A stretch of DNA of 64,000 nt from Pelagomonas calceolata (lineage: Eukaryota), in assembly GCA_918797485.1 (NCBI GenBank), contig CAKKNE010000005.1, positions 3,968,001 to 4,032,000 on the forward strand, read 5' to 3'. Below, piece after piece: positions 21,494-34,390 of the stretch. Under the pieces are notes generated by a model. It worked only from the letters and a program-made list of their open reading frames with translations. It was not told the DNA's origin and ran no database searches. Numbering within the stretch: position 1 is the first letter of the stretch; the number at the start of each line of letters is the position of its first letter. The translations under genes were made by a program, and so were the position numbers.

Positions 21494-21544
21494 GATCAGG
21501 GGGCCGACGCGTAAACGACCACTAGCGTAATTAGAGCGTAATTG

Positions 21545-21566
21545 ATAGCGTAATGTAACACACTAG
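21545..21566 (+). promoter_or_regulatory. CTAG element variant preceded by tandem AGCGTAAT copies
   Basis: ATAGCGTAATGTAACACACTAG, about 50 bp upstream of TPI ATG. Confidence 0.55.
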
Positions 21567-21617
21567 CCACCTCGTCATAGGCCTCTCACAGCCTGTCGCG
21601 CATCCAGCCGTATAACA

Positions 21618-22800
<1,183 letters not shown>

Positions 22801-22872
22801 GTCATCCGCTCGCTAATTATCCCGTCGCTCTCCCCCACCGCCTAACGAGGCCTGTTCACTACAACACATCAC

Positions 22873-23679
22873 TTACTCGCCGTGACGGAGGAACACCCCT
22901 CGCACGCCCGGCACCGACCACGCGTCGCCGCCGAGCAGATCCACCGCCTCGGCTTCGACGTCCTGCTCGTCCTTCACGAAGACGACCGCGCCGCTCTTCA
23001 GCGTCGCCCAGAGCTCCCGCAGGAACGGCGTCCACCCACGATCGGGCACCTCCGAGAGCGTCCGCGACAGGAGCACGACGTCAAGTGTTGGCGCGAGGGC
23101 TCGCACTTCGTCATTTTCCGGCGCGTGCAGTCCCCGCGCCAGGTCGCACGCGCCGAACGGAATGGGCTCGTCCAGCGCTCGGGCGAGCGCCGCGACGTCG
23201 TCGCGCCAGGCATCGGCGTAGTCGTAGACCCACAGCCGTGAAGTCGCACTCCCGAACGCGATGCGCTCGAACACGCGGTAGCCGAGCACGCAACACCCGG
23301 GGCCTCCTCCGAGGGACGCGACGCGGGCGCCTCGTGCCAGCTTGACGCCAGCGCGGTGCGCGGCTCCGAACATCTCCGCTACCTGGAACGCTCTATCGTC
23401 ATATACTGTGCGAATGTAGCCTCGGCGCGCGACAGCGGTCAGGTCAGCTGGCGTCTGTGCTGCACGGTCCATTTTTTTGAGTAACGCCTTGCCGGCCGCC
23501 AGATCCTGCGTCTTGTTTGAGTTCTCCAGCAATGACGTCTTGATGTGGGGCGCGATGCGTGCGAATTCCCGCCCGGCATCTGCTCGATAGGTGTGTGCAG
23601 CAGCACTGCTGAGGAGAGGGTGTGGAGTGCGCAATGCGTGGGCGTTGCACAGCAGCAAAAGTGCTAGCATTCGACGCAT
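22873..23679 (-). CDS. Putative SAM-dependent methyltransferase-like protein with signal peptide
   Basis: VASLGGGPG motif I-like, DVVLLS, LKSGAVVFV. Confidence 0.6.
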   Translation of the reverse strand: MRRMLALLLLCNAHALRTPHPLLSSAAAHTYRADAGREFARIAPHIKTSLLENSNKTQDLAAGKALLKKMDRAAQTPADLTAVARRGYIRTVYDDRAFQVAEMFGAAHRAGVKLARGARVASLGGGPGCCVLGYRVFERIAFGSATSRLWVYDYADAWRDDVAALARALDEPIPFGACDLARGLHAPENDEVRALAPTLDVVLLSRTLSEVPDRGWTPFLRELWATLKSGAVVFVKDEQDVEAEAVDLLGGDAWSVPGVRGVFLRHGE

Positions 23680-23755
23680 ACTCTAATAATTGATCCCCGA
23701 CATGGTTTGTCTTGCAAAAAAACAAGTTGGCGGCTTGCGCGCGCATCGCAGCGAG

Positions 23756-23777
23756 CTAGCGGCATGTAAGACACTAG
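23756..23777 (+). promoter_or_regulatory. 22-bp CTAG-bounded element centred in a 162-bp divergent gap
   Basis: CTAGCGGCATGTAAGACACTAG; exact reverse complement of 46647 and 59511 copies. Confidence 0.75.
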
Positions 23778-23841
23778 TGTTGAAGATTAACAGAGCAAAA
23801 AACGTCACACCTGCATAACGCCGTCCGACTCTCAAACCAAG

Positions 23842-25230
23842 ATGATCGCGCGCACCTACGGCACGGCTGAGATTCAAAGCGGCACGCCGTCGCCCCTCAA
23901 GTCCCGCTTATCCCTGGCTGGCAAGGTGGCCCTGGGATTGATTGCCTGTGCCGTCATCATGGCCCCCGATACGCGTCAGGCGTCCGCCATTTCTCAACTG
24001 GAACAATGGCCCGCGCCCCTGAAAGGCAGTGCTCCGCTCAAAGACAAGATTCAGCAGCTCACAACCCGCGTCGCCGCCCTCGAAAACTACATCCAGGCCG
24101 CAAGCGATTCGAAGGGCGGTTCGTGCAGTTTGCTTGGAAGGGACGTTTGCACCACGTTGAAACAAATTGAAGACGCAGATCGCTCCGCCCGCGACGCGCA
24201 GCAGGACGGCAAGCCCACCGTCGCCGAGGCCATTGCAGACCTCCAGAATCGCGTCGTGGCCATGGAGCAGTACCTTCAGACCGGAAGCTCTAATGAATCC
24301 GCGCCCGTGACAAGCATGACGCTCAAGGATCAGGTTCAGGACCTCCAGAGCCGCGTCGGCGCCATCAGGAAGTACCTCGTGGACCAGGCCAAGCAATCGG
24401 GCGGTTCCGGCACTTCGCGTTTTCTCGACATGATAAAAAGTCAAATTGGCGTGCCCAAATTCGACGAAAAAATGGTCGGCTCGTTCGGCGAGTGGGCGGG
24501 CACGCCGGGCGCGCGTCTTCTAGACAAGGGCCAGGCGACGCCGGCCGAGAGCCGCGAGGTCGTGGAGGCGCTCAACGGGACGTCGGATGCCTTCAGTGTC
24601 CACGCCGGGCTACTCAATGACTCCGAGTGTGCCGCGCTGCGTGCGAGCTTAGATGCAGAGCATGCACGGGGCACGCTTGCGGGCGAGGCCGACCTCAAGC
24701 TGAACATCACGCTCAAGGAGTTGGAGTACATCGTCGGGACCGCGGCGGCCGACCGCCTCGTCGCCTTCTGCGGCGGGCACTTCGACACGATCATCATCCG
24801 GCGCTGCGAGCCCGGCGGCCAGATTATCAACTTCCACAAGGATGATCATTTGCGCACCATTCTCATTGCACTCGTAGACGACGAACAGTACGAGGGCGGC
24901 CGCCTCGTGTTTGCGACGCGCGACGGCCTCCGCGTGCCGCCGCGCCCGGCCGGCACGGCCACTGTGCACACGAGCGCCGTCGTCCACGGGGTCACGCGTC
25001 ACACGGCGGGCGTGCGCTACGGCCTCTTCTTCCTCCAGGGCATGGGCGGTGTCGGCACCTTGTCTGATTTGGGCTACGACCAGGACGACTCGGGCGCGAC
25101 CTACGTCGCCACGAATGGCACGAATGGCACGATGACCGAGGACAAACCATCGGCTGTGATCACGGGCATGGACGGCCTCTACCGCGTCGACTACGACCAG
25201 CTCGACGCGGACATGGTGAAGCTCGCCTGA
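23842..25230 (+). CDS. Membrane-anchored coiled-coil-repeat protein with 2OG-Fe(II) oxygenase domain
   Basis: TM near N-terminus; three L..RV.A...Y repeats; FHKD, YEGGRL, VHGVT, RYGL. Confidence 0.7.
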   Translation: MIARTYGTAEIQSGTPSPLKSRLSLAGKVALGLIACAVIMAPDTRQASAISQLEQWPAPLKGSAPLKDKIQQLTTRVAALENYIQAASDSKGGSCSLLGRDVCTTLKQIEDADRSARDAQQDGKPTVAEAIADLQNRVVAMEQYLQTGSSNESAPVTSMTLKDQVQDLQSRVGAIRKYLVDQAKQSGGSGTSRFLDMIKSQIGVPKFDEKMVGSFGEWAGTPGARLLDKGQATPAESREVVEALNGTSDAFSVHAGLLNDSECAALRASLDAEHARGTLAGEADLKLNITLKELEYIVGTAAADRLVAFCGGHFDTIIIRRCEPGGQIINFHKDDHLRTILIALVDDEQYEGGRLVFATRDGLRVPPRPAGTATVHTSAVVHGVTRHTAGVRYGLFFLQGMGGVGTLSDLGYDQDDSGATYVATNGTNGTMTEDKPSAVITGMDGLYRVDYDQLDADMVKLA

Positions 25231-25389
25231 GGCTCTCATCGTCACGCTGCCCGACGTCCGCGCCAAGCTTCTGTATATTCCCCGCTCCACGCCCCCTATT
25301 CGTGAGTAAATACCCCCTGACTGACCCGATAGACCCGATAGATAGTCGATGACTATTCGTGTGTGTGTCATCTTATCGCGCCCCCCCGC

Positions 25390-28300
25390 CTAGAGGTCCT
25401 CGTCGTCGTCCATGGGCCGGTCGTTGGGGTTCACCAGGCCCGGGACCGCCAGCCGCTGCGCTTCGGCCGCGGCGGCGGCCATCTGCTGCTGCTGCTGCTG
25501 CTCTTCGCTGTAGAGGTCCTGGTTGTTCTCGGCCGAGAACTCCTTGAGCTGGACGAGGAAGTCTCTCAAATGAGTTTTGAAGGACGGCAGGTCCATCCTC
25601 AGGTCGAAGCAGCCGACGACCTGCGCGGGATTGAAATGACCATGCGCCCGTCGCGCGCGTTTCGAGGACGCGGCCGACGCACGAAGTCGACGACCTGCTG
25701 GTGCGTGAGGTTGGGGAATGATGATTTGAGCAAATTCGCCACGTGTTCCCTCATGAACGCTTGGTTCGTCGGGTAGTTACCACCATCAAACAACGGCACG
25801 GTCACGTGCCCCGCCTCGACCAGGTGAAATAAATGGCGCAGCAACGTCGCGTGCATCTTGAATCCACTTTTATGTAATCGGTCGGTCATCACCGCGAGGA
25901 CATCCTGTATCAAAGGTAACACAAAGGCCCGGTAGAAGGGCTGTTTCGCCGCGTCGGGCACTTGCGACACATTCAGTAACAACTCGTGCAGGATCTCCAG
26001 GCCCGTCTCCGCGACCGTCCTTTCCGTGTGCTTGAACGCCCAGACTACCGAATCCACCACCAATTTATGATGCTCGGGCGGGATCGCAAACAAGGCCGCA
26101 AAACAATGGGTATTAGTAGCCTTGAGCAGCTTGAAGAAGGCCAGGCGGTGCTCCGGGAAGTCCTCGAAATTAGTAGTAATCATGCGAAGCGTCGGCTCGA
26201 AGACGGCTTCCAATACGCGCGGCACCTGCTCGCTCACGAGCTCTCGCAGTTTATCAATCGTGGTGGCCAGCAGCAGCAAAGCGTCGGAATCTCGAGCCGC
26301 GGGCACGGCCTGCGCGTAGTCCTCCAAAACCGGTTCGAGGAGTGGGGGCACGAAGGACTCCGCCACCAATCGGGGCGGCGCCTCCGGCTCGCCGCACTTC
26401 TCGACGAAGGTCGATAATAATCGGAGGATCTCGCGCTTCGCCGCGCGCATGCTCCGCACGTCCTGATGTCTCGTGGCCAGGTCGCCGTGCGCCGCGATCG
26501 CTTCACTAATGGACCGGGAGTAGGCGCGGTAGACCTGCGTCGGGCCGCGTCGACGGCGTCATGGTGAAAAGAAGAGACGCCGCTTCAAACGTTCAGCAGG
26601 TCCATGTAGATGCCCCCCAGCTGCGTGACATACAAAGGACCGCACGACGCGCAGACGCGCGCGTGCGTCCGCACGATTTTTGTGACATCTCTCACGGTCT
26701 CCGGTCTTGTGAGTGTCGAAGGGTCGCGCGCCGCGTCCGCCGTGACCCGAGCCCAGGCGTCGTTGGGCAGCGTCATCAAGCGTCGCAACAACTCGGGCCG
26801 CTGCTGCCCGACCGACGGATGGCCGCCCCGATCACTGAGTAACGTCGCCGTCGCCTCGTAGAACGCGTGCACTTGATGCGGCTCCAGGTCCGAAATGATC
26901 TGCGGGAGCTGCGCGACCAGATCCTGGACGAAGGGCCGCGGCTCCGCCGGTTGTTGGGTGACAAATTTCCGCTTGCACTTCTGGGCGATCTTGAGGAACG
27001 TGTCGCAGGCCATGTCCTGGACGCCCGGGTGCAGCTCGTGCATGAACTCAAATAACTTGTTGACCACGGTCTTCAGGAACTTCCAATGAGCACGTAAAAA
27101 ACGGGGATACTGCCCTACCACGTACATTATATTGGAAGCGATACAAGCCTTGTTCCCCTTGCCGCGCTTGACCTCACAGAGCCCCAGCAGGTCCTTAATC
27201 ACGGTAACTAAGAAGCGCTTCTCCTCGTCCTCGGACATGGCTCCCGAGATGGACCCAACGGCCCAGCAGAGGGTGTTCAAATTCGCCCAGGACCACTCCG
27301 TGCCGTCGACCTGTAGCGCGAGCTTGTCGAGCATGATCGACTCCGTGTCGTCGTAGTTCAAGTGTGTGAGATAAACTAACGTTTCCCGCATGGTCTTGTG
27401 CTGGACGATGGCCTCCGTGTCCTTGAACGTCTCCCGCACGATTTCGCCATTTTCATCCTCGACGACCAGTACCTCTTCCGGTTTTGCCATGCGTGAGATC
27501 ATGACGAGTCGCGCTTGACTGAGCAAGCCGCCGTGCTGGAAGAGCTGCTTGCGGGGGTCGGCCGGCGGCCAGCCCTCCGGGGCCCGGCCGCCGAATCTCG
27601 AGGCCACGCCGCCGGGGCCCTCTGACGTAACGGGCGGCTCGAAGGTGTCGTCGTTGCCGTAGCCGCCTGGTCTCGGAGCGGATCTTCCTGTTTCGGTCGC
27701 GTAGAGGTCCTGGGCGAAGGCGTGCCAGAAGTCCAGACAGATCTGGAAGACCTCGTTGTCGGGAACTGCGCTAATCCTCACTAAGTAGTTCAAACCATCT
27801 AACAACAACGGACCCTGCTCCCGCGTCTCGACCAACCGCAGGTGGGCCTTGAAGAAGCCCGAGAAAAATAAAGCTAATCGCCGGACGAAGGTCTGGTCGG
27901 CTTCCCTTCCAGTGGCCTCAAAAGCGGAAGCCAAAGATGCATTGGGCGGCACGACCTGCCCGAGCGCCTGCAACACGCCCACGTACAACTGGATTATTTT
28001 GGGATCGTACTTCGGCTCGAGGTCGGCCAGCGACGCAATTTCCGTGAGGCATTCCAATGCAGCATTTCTGAACTGTGCTGCGGCGAAGAAGCGCTCGATG
28101 AGCGTGCGTATTAAGTCCGTCTCGAAGAGATATCCTAAAGGAATCCAGGACAGGAAGGCCTTGAGCGTTCTTAATGTTGCACTGATTAATTGAGGTCTAC
28201 TCGATGCTCCTAGCACGAAGATACAGAGCTTGAAGATCTCCGCGAACTCGGTGTTGAGAGATTCTTTCAGGGTGCGGATCTTGGCCTGCGTTGGTTACGG

Positions 28301-29020
28301 TTGCGAACCGCGCCCTCTCGCGAGACGCGTCATCGATCGAGGCGGCGCGGCGTCGCGTCGACGCCGTCGCGGCGACAGCGCCACCGCTCTCGCGAGACGC
28401 GTAGACTCTCCGACGGCCGCGTCGACGCCATCGACGCGACGCGTATAGAATGAGACGCTGTTCAGTACAGTCGTCATCGAGTCCTTCGAGAAGTCAAAAA
28501 CTTCTTCCGACAATAACCGCAAAATGTGCATGTTGTTCTCGCATAGAATCTCGGAATTCTTCGACGCCCCACAAATATCCCCGATGAACGACGGCCAGTT
28601 GTGCGGCCACTCCTGCTTTAGTATCGAGACGAGTACCTTATTCATCTGGTGGATCATCGTCCGTTCTCTCATGCTGGATTCTTCATCCTTCGACAGGGAA
28701 ATAATCTTGTTGACGATGAAGTTCTTGATGCCCGTGCGCTGCCCTTCCGGCAGGATCTTCCACCGCGTGTTAATGGCGTCGTCGAGGGCCATGAGGCCAA
28801 AGTACCGGCCCTGGGGCAAACTCGACTTCTCGATGATCTGGTCGGCGGCCTGCCAGCAGCCCGGCTTCTCCCGGAGCTTCATGAGGATCTCGTTGGCCGT
28901 GGCCCGTTCCGGGTGCCTCGGTTCGTAGGCCGCCGCCACAATACCATCTAACACGGCGACGTCGAAGGGCTGGTCGTCCTGCAGTAAACGCTGGCCGGCC
29001 TCGGCGACGGAGGTCGTCAT
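25390..29020 (-). CDS. XPO1: Exportin-1/CRM1 (introns 28468-28286, 26590-26535, 25682-25621)
   Basis: [78 protein letters not shown]; three GT-AG introns restore the frame. Confidence 0.97.
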
Positions 29021-29226
29021 GGTTTGGTTGCGCTACGCGCGCGCGCCGCGCAATGTGATCGAAAGCGTTCCTCTGCTACTTCTCGGCGCTCGGCCCAATT
29101 CGTGCCGGCAAGAAGCTGCCAGCGCTTCAGCGCAGTTCAGCAGTGTTCTGGTGAGGCTTGGCAGCCCAGCGCGGACGCGCGGGGGGAAGTCCTCTTGTAC
29201 AAAAATGTCCGCGGCGGCCAAGGTCC

Positions 29227-29246
29227 CTAGTGTGTCGTTGCACTAG
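29227..29246 (-). promoter_or_regulatory. 20-bp CTAG-bounded variant in divergent promoter
   Basis: CTAGTGTGTCGTTGCACTAG. Confidence 0.45.
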
Positions 29247-29575
29247 CTCGCACGAACAGAAAGCTCGACAGACGCTTTTCCAGCGCCTCGCTGGCCGTAC
29301 GTACCCATCTGGACCCGTAGTGAAAGGCTTCGAGCGCTGCGCTTTTGCCATCAGCTGATGAGCAAAAGCCACTCGCGGTTGTCCGGCCAGCAAAGCTGGC
29401 AAGTAGGGGTCTCTCGGGCTTGCGTAGTTGCCACATTTGTCGCCGCAAACTCTTCGTGGCGCGAACGCATCGCTGTGGAGAGCTAAGCAGCATAAGCGAC
29501 TTTTGCTGCAGCACTGTCGACGCGCAAACGCCGACGTGACGCGCACGACACGCGAGACGACGGCAAAAGTAAAAA

Positions 29576-31604
29576 ATGCGCAGGCCGCCGCGCCACGTCG
29601 ACGAAGATAGAGAACGTACAATACCCCAACTCCCGGACGATGACGACGACGAAAATAAGTTAGACTGGTGCTCGCCGGAGCGGAGCTGGGTCTGGCTTTT
29701 ACCGCTCGGGTTCATCATTTTTTATTATGCCTATCAATCAGAACCGCCGTGGCCCGACCCGGTGGGGGATCCCTCGAGGCCGCGGACGTTAGCTGCATAC
29801 GATGGTCCGCCTCTACGCGTCTCGGAGGCCGTGAACAGATATGTCGCATCCTTAAAACCGGAAGAAGAACTGTGTAGTGAAGACATGTGGTTGAGGACGT
29901 TGTCAAAGAAGTGCGGCTCAAACATAAAAAAAGAAGAGCTCCAAGACACGTGTTGCGCCTTCAAGGAGCCGTTCCCGGAAGTAGCACTACTGACCGGAGC
30001 GCGGAAGAAGAACCTGATGGTGCCGAACGAGGAAAAACGCAAAGCAGTAGCAGCGAAACCGCTGTGGGGCTTTCGGCACGACCCGGGGAGTGACGCGGTC
30101 ATGGGCCTTGGTTTTTATCCTTCTGTGGCCCAGTTCCAGTACTTTGTGGGGAGTCTGAGGAAGACGGGGTTCCGGGGCGACATCGTCATGGCCGTCGGTC
30201 CTAGAAAAAAGCTCAAACGAAAAGTCGAGGAGTACCTCCGAAACCAACGAGTACTGTCATACCCTTTCGAATACAGTTGCTCCCAGAAGGGCATGAGCCG
30301 TCGAAGATTATTAGCGACGCCCGGTGGGTGCGTGCTCGATGATTGGTACGTCGAGGGCGATTCGCGGGGTCCGCGGCCGCTCGCTCTAGCTAGATACGAG
30401 ATGTACGAGACGTGGCTGCGCCAGTACTCTTCAACAAGTTATGCGTTGGTGTTGGATACCAGAGATACGTTCTTCCAGCGGGACCCGTTTTGTTGCAGTG
30501 TCCCCTTTTTTGGCCTTCCCACGCCATCGACGCGACGTTGTCCCCGTAGCTGTGTCTGCGCATGGCGTGGCGATTCCACCGTCGCCATCGACGCGACGTT
30601 GTCCCCGTGGTCTCGTCTGCTCGATGGCGTGGATTCCACGCCATCGACGCGACGTTGTCCCCGTGGCCGCGTCGGCTCGATGGCGTGGAGGCTCGCGGCG
30701 GTGGCGTTGCTGCCGCGGCGACGCGCCTCGCTCTCCACGCCGTCGCCGCGACCATCGCCGCGGCGCCACGCCATCGCAGAGACGCTCATGCACCCGCCGC
30801 GGCGACCACACATCGCGTCCCCGCAGGTTCGCCTGGCCCGACCTTAAGAGGAGAAGAAGAGACCCGGACCACGCCAAGGACCTCTACGTCTACGAGGAGA
30901 ACGGCCACAAGACGGTCGGTTCCTGTCGGTGGAACCGGGGCTGGCTCAAAGGGTGTTTTCCGAACCAGCCGAGCGACCCGTCGGCGCCGGTGCGGTGCTC
31001 CGGAAGCACGATGGGAAGCAGGGACGCCATGCTGACCTATGTGGACGCCATGCTTGCTGCTTCTGATGAGTTCATGTGCCACCGGAAGGGCATCCCGTCC
31101 GACCAGGGCTACCACAACTTTTTGATCCTGTCCGGGCGGCACGAGCAGAACGGGTTGAGAGTCGTGTCGAACAAGCGAGGCCACGGTGTGGTACATACCA
31201 TAGGAGCCTTGAACGGCGGGGACGTTCCGATGGCCGAGCTTGGGCCGTTAGATACAAAATGGAAGATCCGGGACCCCGTCAAAGGTTTTATTACCAATGA
31301 AGATGGCACCATGTCACCCGTAGTGCACCAGTGGGACCGCTGGGCGTCGGAGATGGGTCGCTGGTTGGACAGTGCGTTCGTCAGAGACAATTTCGTGCCG
31401 GGCGAGCGGGAATTATTTGATCGGCCGCCTGCCTTTGTGGACTATGATCCAGCTACCTGCACGGACATGCCCTGGAAGTCGGCGCATCGCTCGTCGTGTG
31501 CGGGGTTGCGCGCGGAGCACCATGACTGGGTGTCGTCGCCGCCCGAGCGGCGTCCTGCCAAAGAAGCGTGCTGCAAGTTCGGGGGCGGGATTAAGACTGG
31601 GTAG
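29576..31604 (+). CDS. Type II membrane glycosyltransferase-like protein (intron 30487-30826)
   Basis: N-terminal TM; LDTRDTFFQRDP|F, DQGYHN, VVHQWDR motifs typical of GT-A-like proteins. Confidence 0.7.
30487..30826 (+). repeat. 340-nt intron with tandem ~57-60-nt hairpin units of the introner core
   Basis: Three units CCACGCCATCGACGCGACGTTGTCCCCGT...ATGGCGTGG at about 30519, 30576, 30636. Confidence 0.8.
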
Positions 31605-31900
31605 GTTATGTTTTGCGGTCGCGTCGACGGCGTTGAGGAGGTTCTCGTCACAAGCAGGCGCTCGCAGCTAGCGTTAAAGGTGCTAAGCTGCTGATTCAGC
31701 CAACTTGACTGCCAGCCCGTTCTCCTGTCAGAATTGCAGAAACACGCAAGTTACGCAAGCAGACGACGCCTCGCACACCCGTCGCACTCTCAGTACCTTC
31801 TTTACGCTATCGAGCATCCTTACGAGCGCGAAAAGCTCTCGTAAAACGCCAGCCGCGCAAAAACACACTCAGCTAGCAGCACAAAACGTTGTCAGTCACA

Positions 31901-32941
31901 ATGCATGTCAACAAAGCACACGCAGCACTCATCCTGGCGTCCGCCAGCGCCCTCACGGGTTCCGGGAAGAAGCCGTTCCCCAAGCTGCGCCCGCTCAAGT
32001 CGGCGCTCGCCGCGAAACCGGACCTCTTCGGCATCAACGAGGAGGACGCGTTGCTGACTGCGAAGCGCGAAGGCCAGAATTCGTTCCGCGGCGCGTTCGA
32101 GAAGGCCGCATTCTTGAATGCTGACGTGTTTGGTTTCAAAGATGAAGCTCGAGTTCTATCGAACACGGCGGCGCGCCCCGGCCAGCAGAACTACATGTCT
32201 GTGTTGAAGGGTGCCCTGGGCTTCCCCGATACCATCAAAGGGAATGATGGTGCCTGCACCATCGACTATTCATCCCCTGATCTCCGCACGCCGATCCGCG
32301 ACGGCGGCTCCCCATCTGTGGTCGTGTCCTACGCGTCGGCCGACCTCCGCCCGGCTGCGTCCCAGGCCCTGCCGTTCCTCGACCGCCCGGAGGTGCTCGA
32401 TGAAGTTAGGCTGGCCGGTGATGCCGGTTTTGATCCGCTTGGTTTGGCCTCCGATGCTGAAAGTCTCATCCGGTACCGCGACGCGGAACTCAAGCACGCT
32501 CGCCTCGCGATGCTGGCCGCGGTGGGCTGGCCCCTCGGGGAACTCTTCCAGCCGGACCTGGCCGCGCAGTGGCACGCGCCCTCGCTGGTCTTCGCCCAGG
32601 GCGGCGAGAACCCGTCAGTTTTGAATGGTGGACTGCAAAATGTGCCCGTCGTGTTTTGGGCCGGGGCGCTCGCGGTCGCGGTCGCGGCGGAGCTCGCCGG
32701 CCTCCAGGCCGCGAATGACGGCAAGGCGCCGGGAGACCTCGGCTTGCGCGCGGGCCAGAAGGCGCTCGCGGCGGCGCTGGGCGGCTCCGAGGCCGCGGTG
32801 GCCGACGCCGAGCTGGCGAACGGCCGCGTGGCCATGCTGGCGATCGTGGCCTACGTCCTCCAGGAATTCGCGGCGACGAGCAGCGGTATCCCGGAGCCCG
32901 TCGTGTCGCTGAGCTACGGGCTCTTCCACCCGTTCGTGTGA
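31901..32941 (+). CDS. Light-harvesting complex (LHC/FCP-family) protein with long N-terminal extension
   Basis: GFDPLGL, AELKHARLAMLA, PGDLG, ELANGRVAMLA; signal peptide. Confidence 0.9.
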   Translation: MHVNKAHAALILASASALTGSGKKPFPKLRPLKSALAAKPDLFGINEEDALLTAKREGQNSFRGAFEKAAFLNADVFGFKDEARVLSNTAARPGQQNYMSVLKGALGFPDTIKGNDGACTIDYSSPDLRTPIRDGGSPSVVVSYASADLRPAASQALPFLDRPEVLDEVRLAGDAGFDPLGLASDAESLIRYRDAELKHARLAMLAAVGWPLGELFQPDLAAQWHAPSLVFAQGGENPSVLNGGLQNVPVVFWAGALAVAVAAELAGLQAANDGKAPGDLGLRAGQKALAAALGGSEAAVADAELANGRVAMLAIVAYVLQEFAATSSGIPEPVVSLSYGLFHPFV

Positions 32942-33069
32942 GCTGTATAGCACTTCCCCGCGGCGCGCGGCGGCGCGCACCATCCCTGTTGTAAAACTAG
33001 TCTACTACAAAATTAGGCTTCGCGAAGGGTTCCACCCCCACGCCGTCGCCGCGAGGAACAAAACAACAC

Positions 33070-33843
33070 TCAGAGCGCCACGACGGAATTCGGCGGCGGC
33101 TCGGACCGGAACCACGCGACCTCCCCGAAGAGCTGCGGTCTTCGTCCGGCCAAGTCATTGATGTGGTCCGCCAGCACCTGGTTGAACGCGTCGTCGCACA
33201 AGCGTAGAGGCACGCCGCATTTTGGCCCGCGGACCTCGAGCGACGCCGCGCAGAGCTCAAAAAGGACACTGTTGTCCAAATTGTTCTGGGCCCGGTCGCC
33301 CTGCTCCTCGGAGAAGCAGTAGACGCAGGGGTAGTCGAGCAGCCAGCCCCATAAAGCGGGCGGCGCCAGTCCGGTCAAAGCGTTCTCCACCGGCGCGTCC
33401 GTCGCATTCGTGGTCGCCGCCGTCTGCACGATGGTGGCCGCGTGATGCAACTTGGCGTGGTAGTCCTCCTCGGGCCGCGCCCAGCGCGGGCCCCTCGGAT
33501 CATCTAAAACCGCGAAGCGCGGCCGCCGGTTCCTCGCTATTGTACTCGGTTCGGTGAAGAGGAAGGGCGCGCCCGCGACAATGACGCAGGTCGCGCCGAG
33601 CTCGTGTGCTACTCTTTCACAGGCCGCGGCGCCGTTCTCTTGCGGATAATCCCACAACAACGTGTCTCGTAATCCTACTCGCAATGACGCCAGGTCGTTG
33701 CGCAGCTGGTCGCGGTGGTCTCTTCCTAATTGGGAGGCTTTTATGGCTTTCTCAATATCTAGACTTGCTTTGCCGTCGCCGTGGTGGAGCTGCTCGGCGT
33801 CGTAGGCGGCTCGTACGTGGTCGTAGTTCGTTTGCGAGGCCAT
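33070..33843 (-). CDS. Hypothetical protein, DUF4504/C1orf74-like
   Basis: GLRDTLLWDY and LWGWLLDYPCVY resemble that family. Confidence 0.5.
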   Translation of the reverse strand: MASQTNYDHVRAAYDAEQLHHGDGKASLDIEKAIKASQLGRDHRDQLRNDLASLRVGLRDTLLWDYPQENGAAACERVAHELGATCVIVAGAPFLFTEPSTIARNRRPRFAVLDDPRGPRWARPEEDYHAKLHHAATIVQTAATTNATDAPVENALTGLAPPALWGWLLDYPCVYCFSEEQGDRAQNNLDNSVLFELCAASLEVRGPKCGVPLRLCDDAFNQVLADHINDLAGRRPQLFGEVAWFRSEPPPNSVVAL

Positions 33844-34099
33844 GCTGCGCGTCGCGTTGCTGTCGCTGTGCTGGCCTTACCTCTGCTTGCTGGCGAGTCT
33901 CGGCTTGCTGTCGCGGCGACGCGGCGACGGCGTGCTGCTGGGCTAGCAGTATGCAGCGTGTCTATGCGCTATGGGCACCGCTTCGATCGCGGTTTTTGAT
34001 GTACTGCTCGAAGGAGTAGCTACGTGGGAGTGTCACCGCGCGTCGCACTGCTGACTGGCTGAATCTAATAGGCGTTTTTTGTGCCAAAAACCAGCCGAG

Positions 34100-34121
34100 C
34101 TAGCGGCCAGTAAGACACTAG
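34100..34121 (+). promoter_or_regulatory. 22-bp CTAG-bounded element in divergent promoter
   Basis: CTAGCGGCCAGTAAGACACTAG. Confidence 0.7.
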
Positions 34122-34390
34122 CAAGAGGACGTTTTGCAACGAACGACTCGAAATCCAACCAGAGACGTCTATAGGAGACACGAGCGATCTTACTGGGTGC
34201 CTCAGACACAATTAGTCCGGCCAAAAAAATAGCAGTTGTGTGGGACAGCGCTGCGAAATTTTGCAGGCGCTCGCAGCGTACGAGGGCTCTGCACCACCTT
34301 TGCGACCGGTTCGCAGTACCCCAGCTGCCCTCCACCAGGTGCACGCTCCGCAGCGCACGCCTGGGGCCTCTGGTAGAGTAGACCAGTACA

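Noticed and set aside
30519..30700. Regularly spaced repeats resembling a CRISPR array
   Set aside because: Intervening sequences are homologous to each other, the region is a eukaryotic intron, and no cas genes are present
31601..31657. Possible terminal intron extending the glycosyltransferase-like gene
   Set aside because: GT-AG and a core-like motif exist, but the stop at 31604 is equally plausible and no protein motif decides it
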